Below are positions 39,795 to 53,590 of a stretch of 64,000 bases of DNA, piece after piece (position 1 is the stretch's first letter; the number at the start of each line of letters is the position of its first letter). Where the stretch lies: positions 91,760,001-91,824,000 of the forward strand of contig OX597817.1 in NCBI GenBank assembly GCA_951406725.2, written 5' to 3'. The stretch comes from Octopus vulgaris. Its lineage: Eukaryota. A model generated the notes under the pieces. The model had not been told where the DNA came from and ran no database searches. It was given only the letters and a program-made list of their open reading frames with translations. The translations under genes were made by a program, and so were the position numbers.

Positions 39795-40025
39795 CTTTTA
39801 TCTTTTACCTGTTTCAGTCATTAGACTGCTGCCATGCTGGAGCACTGTCTTGAAGAATTTTTAGTCGAATGAATTGACCCCAGTACTTAATTTTTTAAAG
39901 CCTGGTACTTATTCTATTGACTTCCTTTGCTGAACTACCAAGTTATAGGAACTTAAACACATATACACCAATTGTCAAGCAGTGGGTGGGGGAAAATACA
40001 AAAGCATACACACACACACACACAG

Positions 40026-40112
<87 letters not shown>

Positions 40113-41230
40113 TGCATGTATGTATGTATAAAATACAAAATGGGACAAGAACGCAAAACATCCGGACAGCTAGGTGATACAAAAAAGGACAACAAAACAT
40201 CCAGATGGAAGATAGAAAGAAAACAAAGACAGGTCATTCGAAGTTTTCTGTCAAGCACCAGATTATCCTCACAATTTTGGCTGATTATTCTTGAGATTGC
40301 TCCAATCTAGCCAGCCCCAAGGAAAAACTAAGCTAAGAGCATTAGATTCCTTGGAAGAAAGCAGCGAATGTATACAAAACAAGGACAGAAAAAATGGACA
40401 AAGTTACACAAATATAAATACAATAGAAATTATAACAAGACATAACAACAGGTGTCTTTCGACTAAGGACGAACTCAATTAAGTTGACGCATGTGAAAAT
40501 GAAGCCTTACGGCAGAGATACAAAATTTTCACAAACACAGAGAGGAATATTGATGTTGCACGGACAACAGTCAGACCAAGAAAGAACAGGCTAGGCTGAC
40601 CGGCAGTCACGTGTGAAGAGAAGAGAGAGAAGTAGAAGCAGAGGGACAGAAGAATTATGGAGGGGCAAGAAAAAGGATAGGGACACAGTGAAGTGAAAAG
40701 TGGAGGGAAAGTGAGTAAGAAGAGAAGGCAAAGAAATGTGAGAGAGGGGGGACGAAAGAACAAAGAGTGGAATGAACAAATAAGTGTAAAAGGGCTGATA
40801 GACAGACAGAAATAGAGTCATACAAAATTTAGAAAAATGTATACTTACATATAAAAGAGCAAAGTGTATGTACGCTGCTATACATATATATATATATAAA
40901 ATACAAAATGGGACAAGAACGCAAAACATCCGGACAGCTAGGTGATACAAAAAGGGACAACAAAGCATCCAGATAGACGATACAAAGAAAACAAAGACAG
41001 GTCATTCGAAGTTTTCTTCCTCAGTCAAGCACCAAATTATCCTCGCAATTTCAGCTGATTATTCTTGACAGGCTTCTTTCAGTTTTCATCTACCAAATCC
41101 ACTTACAAGGCTTTGGTAAGCCCAAGATCATAGTAGAAGATAGTTGCCCAAGGTGCCATGCAGTGGGATGGAACCTAGAACCATGTGGTTGGGAAGTGAG
41201 CTTCTTACCACACAGCCACCCCTGCACCTA
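39795..41230 (-). mobile_element. SINE interrupted at its internal microsatellite by the 40127-41068 insert
   Basis: 39795-40020 and 41067-41230 match blocks that are separated only by a microsatellite in the copy at 1922-2214. Confidence 0.75.
40127..41068 (-). mobile_element. Unclassified non-coding element with a ~170-bp direct repeat (40127-40294 and 40894-41068), each copy abutting a TA-type run
   Basis: tataaaatacaaaatgggacaagaacgcaaaacatccggacagctaggtgatac.. occurs twice. Confidence 0.7.
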
Positions 41231-41269
41231 TTTATGTATTAACTAAACTGGTACTATGGTAATTACAAC

Positions 41270-41850
41270 AAGTGTTCCAGTTGATCTGATCAACAGAACA
41301 GCCTGCTTGTGAAATTACTGGCAAGTGGCTGAGCATTCCCCAGACATGCGTATCCTTAACATAGTTGTCAGAGAGATTCAGTATGAAAAAGTGTTTGACA
41401 AGGCTGGCCATTTGAAGTGCAGGTACAACTCATATTTGCCAGGTGAGTGGACTGGAGCAATGTGAAATAAAGTGTCTTGATCGGGGACAGAATACAACAC
41501 CAAAAATCAAGCATACAACCGAAAAACTGTTAGCCAAATACGCTGACCACTAAGCCATGTGCCTTCACACATGCACAGTCACTCACACACATGCATATAT
41601 ATACATATATGTGTGTGTTCAGGTACTCCATCAGTCATGATGGGGAGTATTCCAGTTGATATAACCAATGTAAAAGCTTGCTCATGAAATTAACATGCAA
41701 GTAGCTGAGCGTTCCACAGACATTAGTATCCTTAACGTGGTGTTCAGGAAGATTCAGTGTAACACACTGCATGTGATAAAGCTGGCCTATTGAACAACAG
41801 ATACAACTCATTTTTGCCAGCTGAGTGGACTAGAGAAACATGAAATAAAC
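41270..41850 (-). mobile_element. Two tRNA-derived SINE copies, family of 7452-7770
   Basis: gagtggactggagcaatgtgaaataaagtgtcttg block and gaccactaagccatg A-box complement. Confidence 0.7.
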
Positions 41851-43124
41851 TGAAAGATTATTTAATGCTTTTTGTAGATATATATACTTATTTATTATGC
41901 TTTTTCAAGAAGAGTACTGATAATGTTTCCAAAGCTTTAGTCTACTATTCTTATTGGACTGTTGTCTATTTGAATTAATCTTGGCCTTATGTAGATACTG
42001 CTAGGTTTATCTTTCTGTGGTATGTAGAGCTATGTTTAATTTTAATTTGGTTGTAGGGTGAATTCTGAAATGAAAATATTGTGTAAAGTTTTATTGTTTA
42101 AAGACAGAGTTGTTATTGTTCAGTTCAATCAAGCATGTAAAACTTGGTAAACAGGTGTGCTTGTTTAGGTGAGTCAGCTGCTAGTCAAGGGGTAGCTTTT
42201 ATAGGGTTCACAAAAGAGTGTATGTAGAGCAAAAGATTAGTTGGCCAGCAGATGTCTAACATGAGTTTAATTGTTGTAGATGTTATTTAAACGTTATTTA
42301 GAAGATTTAACCTTTTTATTTTGGGAAGGTAAATTTTTTATACTATGTTTCTATAAATATTTGTTTCAAGCTTGATTATTTGTAATGATATTTATAACAC
42401 ATCACCATCATCATCATCATCATCATCTTGTTGTTGTTGTTATTAACCATTTTCATTAATTCTTGAATTCATTCTCTTAAAGAAACCACACAAATGCAAG
42501 TTACTGCACCTTGGAATTCTGTGACCAGAAACATGAGAATCCTCTGGTAATGAACACAAAAAACTCTAAATAGGTGAAATAATGGAGTTTCAGGATTTTT
42601 TTTTTCTTAGTAGAAATCACAAAAATTTTCTAAAAAGTTTTTTTCTTTTAATCAGAATCATATTTTTTCTAAAATGTGTTTCTTTTTCACAAAATTTTCT
42701 AGTCATGAATATAAATTTTGAATTTGAAAGGATATTTTTGAAATGTTAATTTTGGAGGGAAATATTTTTCTTTGACTAAAAATTCTGTAATAAATATATG
42801 AATTTCTTTACAACTTATTAATTTTTTCCTTACTATCTTTCTTTTGTTTGTGAGTGTATTAGAAGTATAAAACAGTGGTATGTATATGTTTTGGTGCATG
42901 TATGTGTGTTTGTGTATGCATGTGCATAACTGTAACCATCATTTGTATGATTGACTTTGTAGCATGTACTATACTTTTTGTAATTGTTTCAGGTGGTTAC
43001 ATAGTTGCCAGTAGAGATAGACACTCAGCCATCCCACCCTTGAGGCTGCAGAGCATCAGAGATAGAACAACAGTTTGTATGTGTATGTAATATATATATA
43101 CAGATATAGACATCTGTGTGTTTA

Positions 43125-43183
<59 letters not shown>

Positions 43184-43269
43184 GATAGGTAGGTAGATAG
43201 TGATTTTCTATTGATCTGACAATGATGAAGTTGGTGCAGTGTTCATATGCATACATATACCCTCATCTT

Positions 43270-43790
43270 CCTCCTCATTGTTTAATGTCCATGTCTGATA
43301 CTGGCATGGATCAATCAGTTTGATAGGATCTCAAAGGTCCAAGAACTGTATTAAACTCCTGTGTCTGCTTTGGCAGGGTTTCTATGCCTGGTTGTCCTTC
43401 CTAATGCCAATTGCTTTAATGCATGTACTGGGTCTCCCTCTTCCACAAACTTCCACCACATTAAGTGATTGCCACTCACTGTCCTCATCCACACATTACA
43501 TATCCATATAGTGCAGTCTCCTTTTTTGTTTGTTACAATTGGTTCTTGTTACACCTAGTTATTTTCTCAACACATTCGTACTATGTTGTTCATACATATT
43601 TACATTGCACATCCAATGGAGCATGCTATCTTCATTTCTTTTCAGTCTTCTTGACTCCTCTGCTCTCAAGGCTCATATCTCACTACCTTCCAGCATCATA
43701 GTTCCAACATAAGCATCATATAATCTGCCCTACACTGTGAGAGAAAAGACCTTTGTTGCCAGTTGTGGTAATAGTTTCCTGGAGTTCATT
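43270..43790 (-). pseudogene. Old RTE ORF2 C-terminus and 3' end
   Basis: cattgcacatccaatggagcatgct..gcatcatataatctgccc..accttt homologous to 50940-51135. Confidence 0.7.
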
Positions 43791-43847
43791 TTTTTTGCCT
43801 ATATATATATATTCATATATGCATTCATATACCAGGTACATGCTTTT

Positions 43848-44090
43848 AAAGGCGACGAGCTAGCAGAATCGTTAACACACTGGGCGAAATGCTTAGCGGT
43901 ATTTCGTCTGCCACTATGTTCTGAGTTCAAATTCCACCGAGGTCAACTTTGCCTTTCATCCTTTCGGGGTCGATTAAACAAGTACCAGTTACGCACTGGA
44001 GTCGATGTAATCGACTTAATCCATTTGTCTGTCCTTGTTTGTCCCCTCTATGTTAGCCCCTTGTGGGTAGTAAAGAAATAGGTACATGCT
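43848..44090 (+). mobile_element. SINE, relatively young copy
   Basis: aaggcgacgagctagcagaatcgtt..gagttcaaattcc..gcctttcatcctttcggggtcga; apparent TSD aggtacatgctttt at 43834 and 44080. Confidence 0.85.
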
Positions 44091-44595
44091 TTTTTACTGT
44101 GAGATAATTTGTAAAAATATTTGCTTCAGTTTATATGAGAAAATTGACAACCTCTCTTGTCTTGGTCCTCCAGCCCAACCAAAAGAGCAATTACTTTGAA
44201 TAAGAACTCAGACACTGACTAGCAGTTCAGCCAATGTCAATATGGAAAGTAGACATAAAATGATGAAGATGATGATGATGACGATGATGACGACGATGAT
44301 GAGGATGATGATGATGAGATATATATGTAAGAAGTTGGTGAGCTTTCAAGCAATTCATATACATAAAAAACAACTTTCAGGAACAATAGTGATTTATTGG
44401 TGCAGAAGGTTGTGAATTTTTCCCATATTGAAGTACAATAAAGATCTCCAAGCAGCAATGTAGACTTCATATAATCAAGGCATTTTTGATCTGAAGAGTA
44501 GCTTGTGGTCTTCTCCTCATTTAGAAAATTACTACTTCCAAGATTCCACTCACTATGAAACGTATGTAGCCTGGATTTTATCTATTCCATTCCCC

Positions 44596-44905
44596 TGGCA
44601 TGTAAAAGGGCACCATTCGAGCGTGATTGTTACCAACGTCGCCTTACTGGCACTTGTGCTGGTGGCATGTGTAAAAAGATTCGAGCAAGGTCATTGCCAG
44701 TACCGCCTTACTGGCCCCCATTCCAGTGGCACGTAAAAAGCACCCACTACACTCTCGGAGTGGTTGGCATTAGGAAGGGCATCCAGTTGTAGAAACTCTG
44801 TCAGATCAAGATTGGAGCCTGGTGCAGCCATCTGGTTCACCAGCCCTCAGTCAAAATCGTCCAACCCATGCTAGCATGGAAAGTGGACATTAAACAATGA
44901 TGATG

Positions 44906-44906
<1 letters not shown>
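44596..44906 (+). mobile_element. RTE 3'-end copy
   Basis: Closely similar to 1235-1553; (GAT)n tail. Confidence 0.85.
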
Positions 44907-44956
<50 letters not shown>

Positions 44957-47574
44957 AGGCTTCTTTCAATTCCCATCTACCAAAGTCACCTACAAGGCTT
45001 TGGTCAGCCCATGGCTGTAGTAGAAGACACTTGCCCAAGGTGACGCACAGTGGGACTGAACCTGGAACCATGTGGCTGGGAAGCAAACTTCTTACTTCAC
45101 ATACTCATGTTTCCATTTTTTGCATGATATCTATGGATGGACAACCTTTGTAATACCAATCCTTTGACAGAGTGTACTGGAAGCATTCTATCATGGCTCC
45201 AGCATGAGCTTGCTTTGTCTCCTGCCAGACCAGAAAGTCTTCTCAAATATATATTGTCTCTATTCAATGAAGACAAATATGATTGAAAAGATTATTAAGA
45301 AACTAGTTGATAGAGAAATTATAAGCATGGTGATGGAAACAAAACAATAGGAACGGGAAGTTGGTGGAGGAGGAAATAATTCTGGAGGAAGAGAATGACA
45401 GTTATGTGCTGGTTGTTGAGATCAATAAAAATGAAATACACATTGGATACACTAAGTTTGAAAGAAGACTGGGTAGTCATAGCTGGAACATCGTTAATCA
45501 CAGGTTTGTTCAGTAAGGACTTACCTGGGGTTAAATAACAACATGATTTCTTGCTGTAAAACAAGTATGCAATCAACCAGGGATATGTAAACTTAAAGAG
45601 CTGAGTTCAGGTTTAACTATGAATTCTGAAATGATTAGTGGCATTTGGTCTGTCTTTATTTTCTGAGTCCAAATTCTGCTGAAGTTAACTTTGCCTTTCA
45701 TACTTTCAGGTTTGATAAAATAAGTACCAGATGCAGTTTGTATGTGTAATCTTCTCCAAAACTTGCAATACTTTACAGAGCTATTAAATGCGAAATGTCT
45801 TGATCATAAAGAGAACTATATCATGCTGAGGCACCAACCTACAGCTTAGTGAACTGGACTATTTGACAATTAAGTTTCTGGGCCATAAACACAACATTGA
45901 AGTAGATTATACTATGGTGATACTTAGAGCATGAGAGATTGCAGAAAGCTGCAGTGGACTGTTGATAGTTAGTTTACTTAATGAATGCAATGCACTGGAC
46001 TATATCATTGAGTAGCATCTATTTATAATTAGGTGGATTGTAACATAACAGGCTGTGGATATAGTATAATAAACTGTATTACCTTATAGTACCCACATTT
46101 CGCTTGGTAGACTGGGTTGTTGGCAGTACTATCTTCACCCAAGGATACACAACCAACTGCCAACACTTCATCCTACTGACCAATACTGTTATGGCTACTT
46201 AAGTTTTTATGATTCCCACCTGTCTGAAAAACAAGATGCCTTACACTTGGTTGTTCAACACTTACTTAATACAGGTCTGAATAGTTAATCAAGACTGAAC
46301 ATGGATGCAACCACAATAATGTCAACCACAGATTTCATATGCACTTTCCAATATACATCACCATTTCACATATATCACCATGGAAATAGAGCAAGCATGA
46401 AAACTGGTAATAAACATAACTTCGTTAAGTCTGTTAATGCCAGTAAGTTGTTAAGGTAACTGGATGGCACTAATTGGTTAGCAGTCTCCAACTAACATTA
46501 AATGAAACCCTAATGAGATTGGTTAATGAATCTCAAACATTTTGCATTCTAATGTTTAAGAGTTCTAATTGATTCATCATCATCGCCATCACCGTCAGCG
46601 TCGGCATCATCATCATCATCATCATCATTCTCAGTCTCCTCCTAACCAATATATTCATTGTTACTGTCTTCATTATTTTCTTCACAGCTATCATTTCATT
46701 ACTTTCATCGTCATTATCAGTATTGCCATCATCAAGGAAAAGTAGTTAGTTACTGCTCTCCTTCTTTGAAAAAGTGGAACTGTACTGATGTACAACAGCA
46801 TTTCCTCAAGACATCCATATTATGTTGCTAATGCACAAAAGTTTCATCAACACCTCTTAACCAAGCTCCATATTTCAGAGTTAAATCTTCAAAGTATTCT
46901 GTCAATGCTATCTAATGGTGAACCCACAGCCATCCCTACTAGATGTGGTTAGATTTTAATTGTGATTTAGCTGAAAGTTAGCCAACTCTAAGCATAATCT
47001 AGATATCTAATATCAATTGCTAGTTTTGTCTGTTTATGGAAACTTGGGTGTTTTCCTAGTCTAGTCTGTTTATGACAACTGACAATGGCCCATCTACTGA
47101 AACTATTATAAATAAATTTACCACATCAAGACTGAGCATTTGGCAGTATATAACTGGAATATCTTCCACTTGTTTATGAAGTGTACTAAATTTTTCACAA
47201 ATGAAGGAATACTTCTCATGAAAGGCAAAGTAGTATTAACTAGGAAATGACTCAGTAGGTAGCATATTGAATCTCTGCAACTGACTATAGGTACTAGGGG
47301 TATCTCATTTTGCAGAGTAATAACTTGACATACTAAATTGACTTACTATAATACAGACGAAGTTTTTGGCCAAGAATGCAACTATTTGGCATAAAATTAT
47401 AGGCCTTCAGTATAGGCCTACTGATTGCCTAAACATTATGTACAAACTGTATACAAACTGCCTCAGCCAATTCCTCCTCCAGGATAAACATACCAATGTA
47501 GAAAACAGTAAACAAAACATTTGTTCATTTGTGTGGAAATGGCCAGGTTGAAGTTAAATCAATTACATCAGTGT

Positions 47575-48420
47575 TTCAAAGCACTTGAAACAGCATTCAA
47601 TTAAAATATTGATTATATACATGTATAATGTATATGCAAATGTAGAGCTCTATGTTTTTAACACATGTATTCTCCTAAGAGAAGTTTCTGTGAGACAAAA
47701 TATTACAGTTAGTGACATCCTGTGCTTGCATATACATTGTAAATGTTATACACATTATTAATTTAATCTGTTATTTCAAGTGTTTATATGGATCTAATTC
47801 AAACCTCATCAGCTTCCACACAAATTAGCAAATACTTTGCTGAACAAATGTTCCCACTTGTGAATGGGGCTTTTCAATACTGAGGAGACTAAATCATGCC
47901 AAAACACTGGTATCCGAAGATCCACTAACATCACTTTGAGTGAGTTTTGTCGAGATTTTTGTACACAAAGTCTGCTACAAGAACTTTCTCCAGAACAAGG
48001 TGTTGCAGTTAGAGCTGGTCTACATTTTTATTTACTTTATACATGTTATACATACCATTATTTTAATTTCATGCTGTTTCAAGTGCATCTATCTATTTAA
48101 CTCAAGCCTGGCCAGTTTTTCCAGAAATCTGCAAATGTTTTTTAAACTGATTTCTATACTGGAACAAAATTTCCAACTTAGCTCAGAATGACTGGAGATG
48201 TTTGCCGCTGAAGAGGTTAGGTCGAGCTAAAATGCTATTGTCTGACCATCTATTGATGTTATTCTGAGTGAGCTTTGTTTTAACAGTGAAATTGTCTTGA
48301 GAGAAGTTTCACAAAGACAAAATATTACAACTAGCAGTGTTTTATATTGGTATGTATATTATAAATGTTATATCCATAGTTATTTCATTCTAAAGCTCTT
48401 TCAAGTGTACATATTGATAC
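47575..48420 (+). repeat. Old ~320-bp tandem array (~2.4 units) preceded by an inverted partial unit; each full unit has a hammerhead-like core
   Basis: Homologous blocks at ~47679, ~47980 and 48301 (..atgttata..tttcaagtg); 47581-47651 is the reverse complement of ~48010-48086; cores CTGAGGA at 47880 and CTGAAGA at 48208. Confidence 0.65.
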
Positions 48421-49152
48421 TGACATGAATACACACATATATGTGTACATACATACATACATACATACATACATACATACATACATACATACATACATAC
48501 ATACATACATACATAATTTAACATCCACTTTTCCATGCTTGCATGGATCACATGGAAATTGTTGAGGCAGATTTTCTATGGCCAGATATCCTTCTTGTTC
48601 TCAACTCTCACCTGAATATCAAAATGAAACAGATAATCCAAGGAAATTAGTAATTGTCTGTAACTGGAATTTCATATTAATCAGATATACAGTTTAGTTC
48701 TCTACAATTTTTGACGCTCTACTCCTCATTCATCACTTAGAATTCTAACTTCAAGATAAACTACAAATTTTGCAAGAGCATATTGTTAGTTAAATGAACT
48801 GATCGTGATCAATACGTTTTTATCTATTTATCTGTTTGTCTATATATCTGTTGGTCACTCTGTTTACATCTTTATGAATCTACTTAATATCTATCCATTT
48901 ATCTATTTATCTGTAAATTGCTCTGTCTGTATCCTTTATCTATCTGTCTATCTACGTATATTAGTCTACCTATCTGCCTGTATCCATGTTTATTTATCTA
49001 CTCACATACCCACCTACTTACCAATTTGTTTATATATCTCTGAAACTATCTATTTATTAATTTATATATCTATTAATCTGCCTGTCTGACTAACTATCTA
49101 GATAGTATATCAACTGAAGTATATCTACTTTTATCTGTTTGTCTGTCTGTTC

Positions 49153-49199
<47 letters not shown>

Positions 49200-49879
49200 A
49201 ATCTATCTATCTATCTATATATATCTCTATCATTCTGCCTGTCTGCCTGTCTGTCTGTCTGTTTATCTATCTGTCAGTCTCTCTATCTGTCTGTTTGTCT
49301 ATCTGTCTGTATATCCACATATCTGTCTATCTATTTAATAGAATTACCTGTTTCTGTCTATCTATGAAACTATCTGTGGCTACATATGCCAGTCTATCAA
49401 TTATTATTAAGTTCTAAGGGAAATGAAGTGATGTTTGCCAGGCAGTTACAGAGCAGAACATACATTGCTTCATTTCAATTTCATCAATCAATTATTTTAA
49501 TTACTGCTATAATCAGAGAGAAATGTTTGTAATTGTTTTTTTTTAGGAATTTCATCCTCCATTTTAAAGGAAGGAAAAGGAGAAGGGGGTGGTTTGTCAC
49601 AATTCAGTGATCGGGATCAGAGAAATGGGTGGTTTTTTATTCACTTCATGGCTGAATGGAAAAAGCTATGATGATGATGATGATCATGATCATGATCATG
49701 ATGATGATCATCATCATCATCCTCATCATCGTCATCATCATCATCATTAAGAATATGTACATGTGTGTATGCATGCACATGGATACATTTACCGGCATGT
49801 AAACATCCTCATGCTTGTTGAAATATATATACATAAATACATATATATAGATACATACATACATTCATACATACATATA

Positions 49880-49921
<42 letters not shown>

Positions 49922-50039
49922 TACACACATATATGTATATACATTTGCATATGTGTATGTGGTGGGGTAAAAATATCTATATATACAGTGATCAAATATA
50001 TTTTGTGGGTTCATAAATGTACAATAAATGTACACATGT

Positions 50040-52208
50040 ATCATCATCATCATCATCATCGTTTAGCGTCCGTTTTCCATGCTAGCATGGGTTGGACGGT
50101 TCTACTGGGGTCTGTGAAGCCAGAAGGCTTCATCAGGCCCAGTCAAATCTGGCAGTGTTTCTACGGCTGGATGCCCTTCCTAACGCCAACCACTCCGTGA
50201 GTGTAGTGGGTGCTTTTTACGTGCCACCCGCACAGGTGCCAGACAGAGCTGGCAAACGGCCACGAACGGATGGTGCTTTTTATGTGCCACCGGCACAATG
50301 GCCAGGCGAGGCTGGCAACGGACACGAAACGGGGCGGTGCTGGCAACGGTCGCGAAACGGAAGGTTCTCTTACATGCCACCGGCACTGGTAACACATCTG
50401 CAATTTCCATTGATCGATTTCCATTTCTGATCCTCACTTGCCTCAACGGGTCTTCACAAGTAGAGTATTGACATGCCACCGGCACTGGTAACACATCTGC
50501 AATTTCCATTTGATCGATTTCGATTCTGATCCTCACTTGCCTCAACAGGTCTTCACAAGTAGAGTTTTGTGTCCCAAGAAGGGAAGGTATGCATACGTAG
50601 GCTGGCTCCATCCCAAGTAGAAGGCCACGGGTTATGGACTCACTTGTCCTGCCGGGTCTTCTCGCGCACAGCACACTTCCAGAGGACTCGGTCTCTAGTC
50701 ATTTCCTCAGTGAGACCTAAAGTTTGAAGGTCGTGCTTCACCACCTCGTCCCAGGTTTTCCTGGGTCTGCCTCTTCTACAGGTTCCCTCAACCGCTAGGG
50801 TGTGGCACTTTTTCACACAACTATCTTCATCCATTCTCGCCACATGACCATACCAGCGCAATCATCTCTCTTGCACACCACAACTGATGCTTCTTAGGTC
50901 CAGCTTTTCTCTCAAGGTACTTACACTCTGTCGATTATGAACACTGACATTACACATCCATCGGAGCATACTGGCTTCATTTCTTGCGAGCTTACGCATA
51001 TCCTCAGCAGTCACGGCCCATGTTTCACTGCCATGTAGCATGGCTGTTCGTACACGCGCATCATACAGTCTGCCTTTCACTCTGTGCGAGAGGCCTTTTG
51101 TCACCAGCAGGGGTAAGAGCTCTCTGAACTTTGCCCAAGCTATTCTTACTCTAGCAGTTACACTTTCAGCACACCCGCCCCCGCTGCTGATTTGGTCACC
51201 TAGGTAACGGAAACTATCAACTATTTCTAGTTTTTCTCCCTGGAAAGTAACGGAAGTTGGTCTCAGAGCATTTTCAGTGTTTATTGTTCCTGAGCATCTG
51301 CCACATACAAAAACCATCTTCCTAGTTAGCCTTCCTTTGACATTGCTGCACCTCTTATGTGTCCATAGCTTACACTTGGTGCATCTTATAGAGTTTCTAC
51401 CTACACCTTTTCTACAGATCGAGCAGGGCCATCTACCTGAAGGTGTTTGTGATTTGTCTACCTTCCTACTGATTACGACTTTGGTTTTAGCTAGATTGAC
51501 TCTGAGGCCCTTCGATTCTAATCCTTGTTTCCACACCTGAAACTTCTCCTCCAGTTCTGATAGCGACTCAGCAATTAGAGCAAGGTCATCAGCATAGAGG
51601 AGCTCCCAAGGGCATCCTGTCTTGAATTCCTCCGTTATTGCCTGGAGGACTATGATAAATAGGAGGGGGCTGAGTACTGAGCCTTGGTGGACCCCTACCT
51701 CTACCCGGAATTCTTCACTGTACTCGTTTCCAACCCTCACCCTACTAGCAGCGTCCCTATACATGGCCCGCACAGCTCTCATTAACCATTCATCTATCCC
51801 TAGTTTCCTCATTGCCCACCAGATAAGGGATCGGGGGACCCTGTCGAAGGCTTTCTCCATGTCAACAAAAGCCAAGTACAGGGGCTTATCTTTGGCTAGG
51901 TATTTCTCCTGCAGCTGCCTTACCAGGAATATAGCATCAGTAGTACTTTTCCCTGGCACAAACCCAAACTGCATCTCATCTAAACTAACTCTCTCTCTAA
52001 TTAGTTGGGCTATGACCTTCTCCGTAACCTTCATCACCTGATCCAACTGCTTGATACCTCTGTAATTATTTGCATCTAGGGCGTCACCTTTACCTTTGTA
52101 GCAGTTGACTATTATGCTGCTACACCAGTCATTGGGTATGACTCCTTTGTGTATCACCTGATTAACTATATGGGTGACTAGGCTATAGCCGACACTACCA
52201 TATGAGGG
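50040..52208 (-). mobile_element. 5'-truncated RTE-clade LINE: RT, PHD-like finger, C-terminus, 3' UTR, (GAT)n tail
   Basis: NYRGI, QFGFVPGKSTTD, FVDMEKAFD, GVHQGSVLSP, LLYADD, FRYLG, HGSETW, RWYGHVARM, RGRPRKTW; one frameshift near 50861; stop at 50640. Confidence 0.96.
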
Positions 52209-52737
52209 CAAATGTATAAATGTATATACATAAATATGTACATACATATATACATACATACATACATACATGCACACACACGAACACACACGAACACATA
52301 CACACACAGACATATATATGTGTATGTATATAAGTATGTATGTAAGTATGCATGTATGTATGTATGTATGTATGTATGTATGTATGTATGTATGTATGTA
52401 TGTATGTATGCATGCATGCATACATATATGTGTGTAGATAGATAGGTATGCTGGTTTGTAGGTAGGTACATATGCACATATGCATGCAGCTAAACAGAAA
52501 AAAAACAAGTACATGTGTATATATATATGTTTATATGCTTGTGTTCACATACACACTTGTGCAAGTGTTTGTGTTCACATAAGCATTATGCAAGCAGACA
52601 CATTGTTGCAAGTGTGGAGCTGTATGTCTATGTTATGTATATGTACACATACATATGTTTGGACATCTACAAATGCACATATGCACTTATTCCATGATAA
52701 ACTTCTGATGTATATGTATGTATGCATGTATGTATGT

Positions 52738-53590
52738 CATTGTTCAGTTTTGTTTCAAGATTTCTTGCCAATAGAGAAAGAGGTTTCTAATTTGGATCCA
52801 AGGCTCCTTCATTGGAATTTCAGCATCAACAACAGTGTATGTATATATGTACGTGTGTATGTATGTATGTATGTATGTATGTATGTATGTATGTATGTAT
52901 GTATGTATGTGTGTATGTATGTATGTATGTATGTATGTATGTATGTATGTATGTATGTATATGTGCAGATTTGTATGTTTTGTTTTATGTATGTCTTCTC
53001 ATGCATATACTTGCATATCTAGGCATCCTCATACATATTTAAATGATAAACTTCCGGAAAGTTTTACAGATTCTTACAGCTCCAGTGAGGGATTGGATCT
53101 GTAGTCTTCGAATTAGCTTTCTCCTTTCTGTTTTTGAGAAGCCTAATTTCTCATGATTGGTATTTTGGCAGTGTGTAACATATCCTAGGACCCCAATAAT
53201 TACAGGTATAAACCAAAACTTGTAATCTGGATAGAGTAACTGCAGATTTCTCAATAGTTCAGTGTAGGTATTCTTTTTTTCACTGATTCTCAGCTTTATG
53301 CTAACATCTGCTGGATAGCTAATTTCCACAACTGTGCACTGTTTCTCTTCTCTATCCCAAATCCTTATATCAGGTCTGTTGTGCTTACATTTTATTGAGG
53401 TCTTCACTGGGACATTCCACAAGTACTCCTTTTTAATATGAGTGGCTATGGCTTCTACCATACCGTGGGTTCTTATTTCTTTGTCCTCAAGCTTATCCTG
53501 TTGATGGATTTCATTATAGAGTGTCCTAGCTACAACATTATGTCTCATTAGTAGATAATACTGTGGTAACAATTTCAGACAACTGCTTAT
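52738..53590 (-). mobile_element. 5'-truncated RLE-type (R4-like) retrotransposon embedded in (TACA)n
   Basis: RHNVVAR, HNRPDIRIWD, VVEISYPAD, KKNTYTEL, IPVIIGVLG; stop at 53039; (TATG)n on both sides; inclusion of 52738-52835 in the 3' UTR is inferred. Confidence 0.85.

Noticed and set aside
40990-41060. CTGAGGA..GAAA on the minus strand as a hammerhead
   Set aside because: No room for stem II and no stem I pairing.
46275-46442. Possible exon (tacag|G .. CA|gtaagt) with an open frame from ATG 46301
   Set aside because: Weak polypyrimidine tract, unrecognisable peptide and no partner exons; such signals arise by chance in 64 kb.
50862-52514. 550-aa ORF as an intact gene
   Set aside because: The first ~100 residues are microsatellite read-through; the rest is a 5'-truncated RTE ORF2 lacking the endonuclease and frameshifted near its end.
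52765-52815. Hammerhead-like ATGAAGG..AGAAACCTC (minus strand) downstream of the RLE fragment
   Set aside because: Too many core mismatches and no clear stems in this copy.
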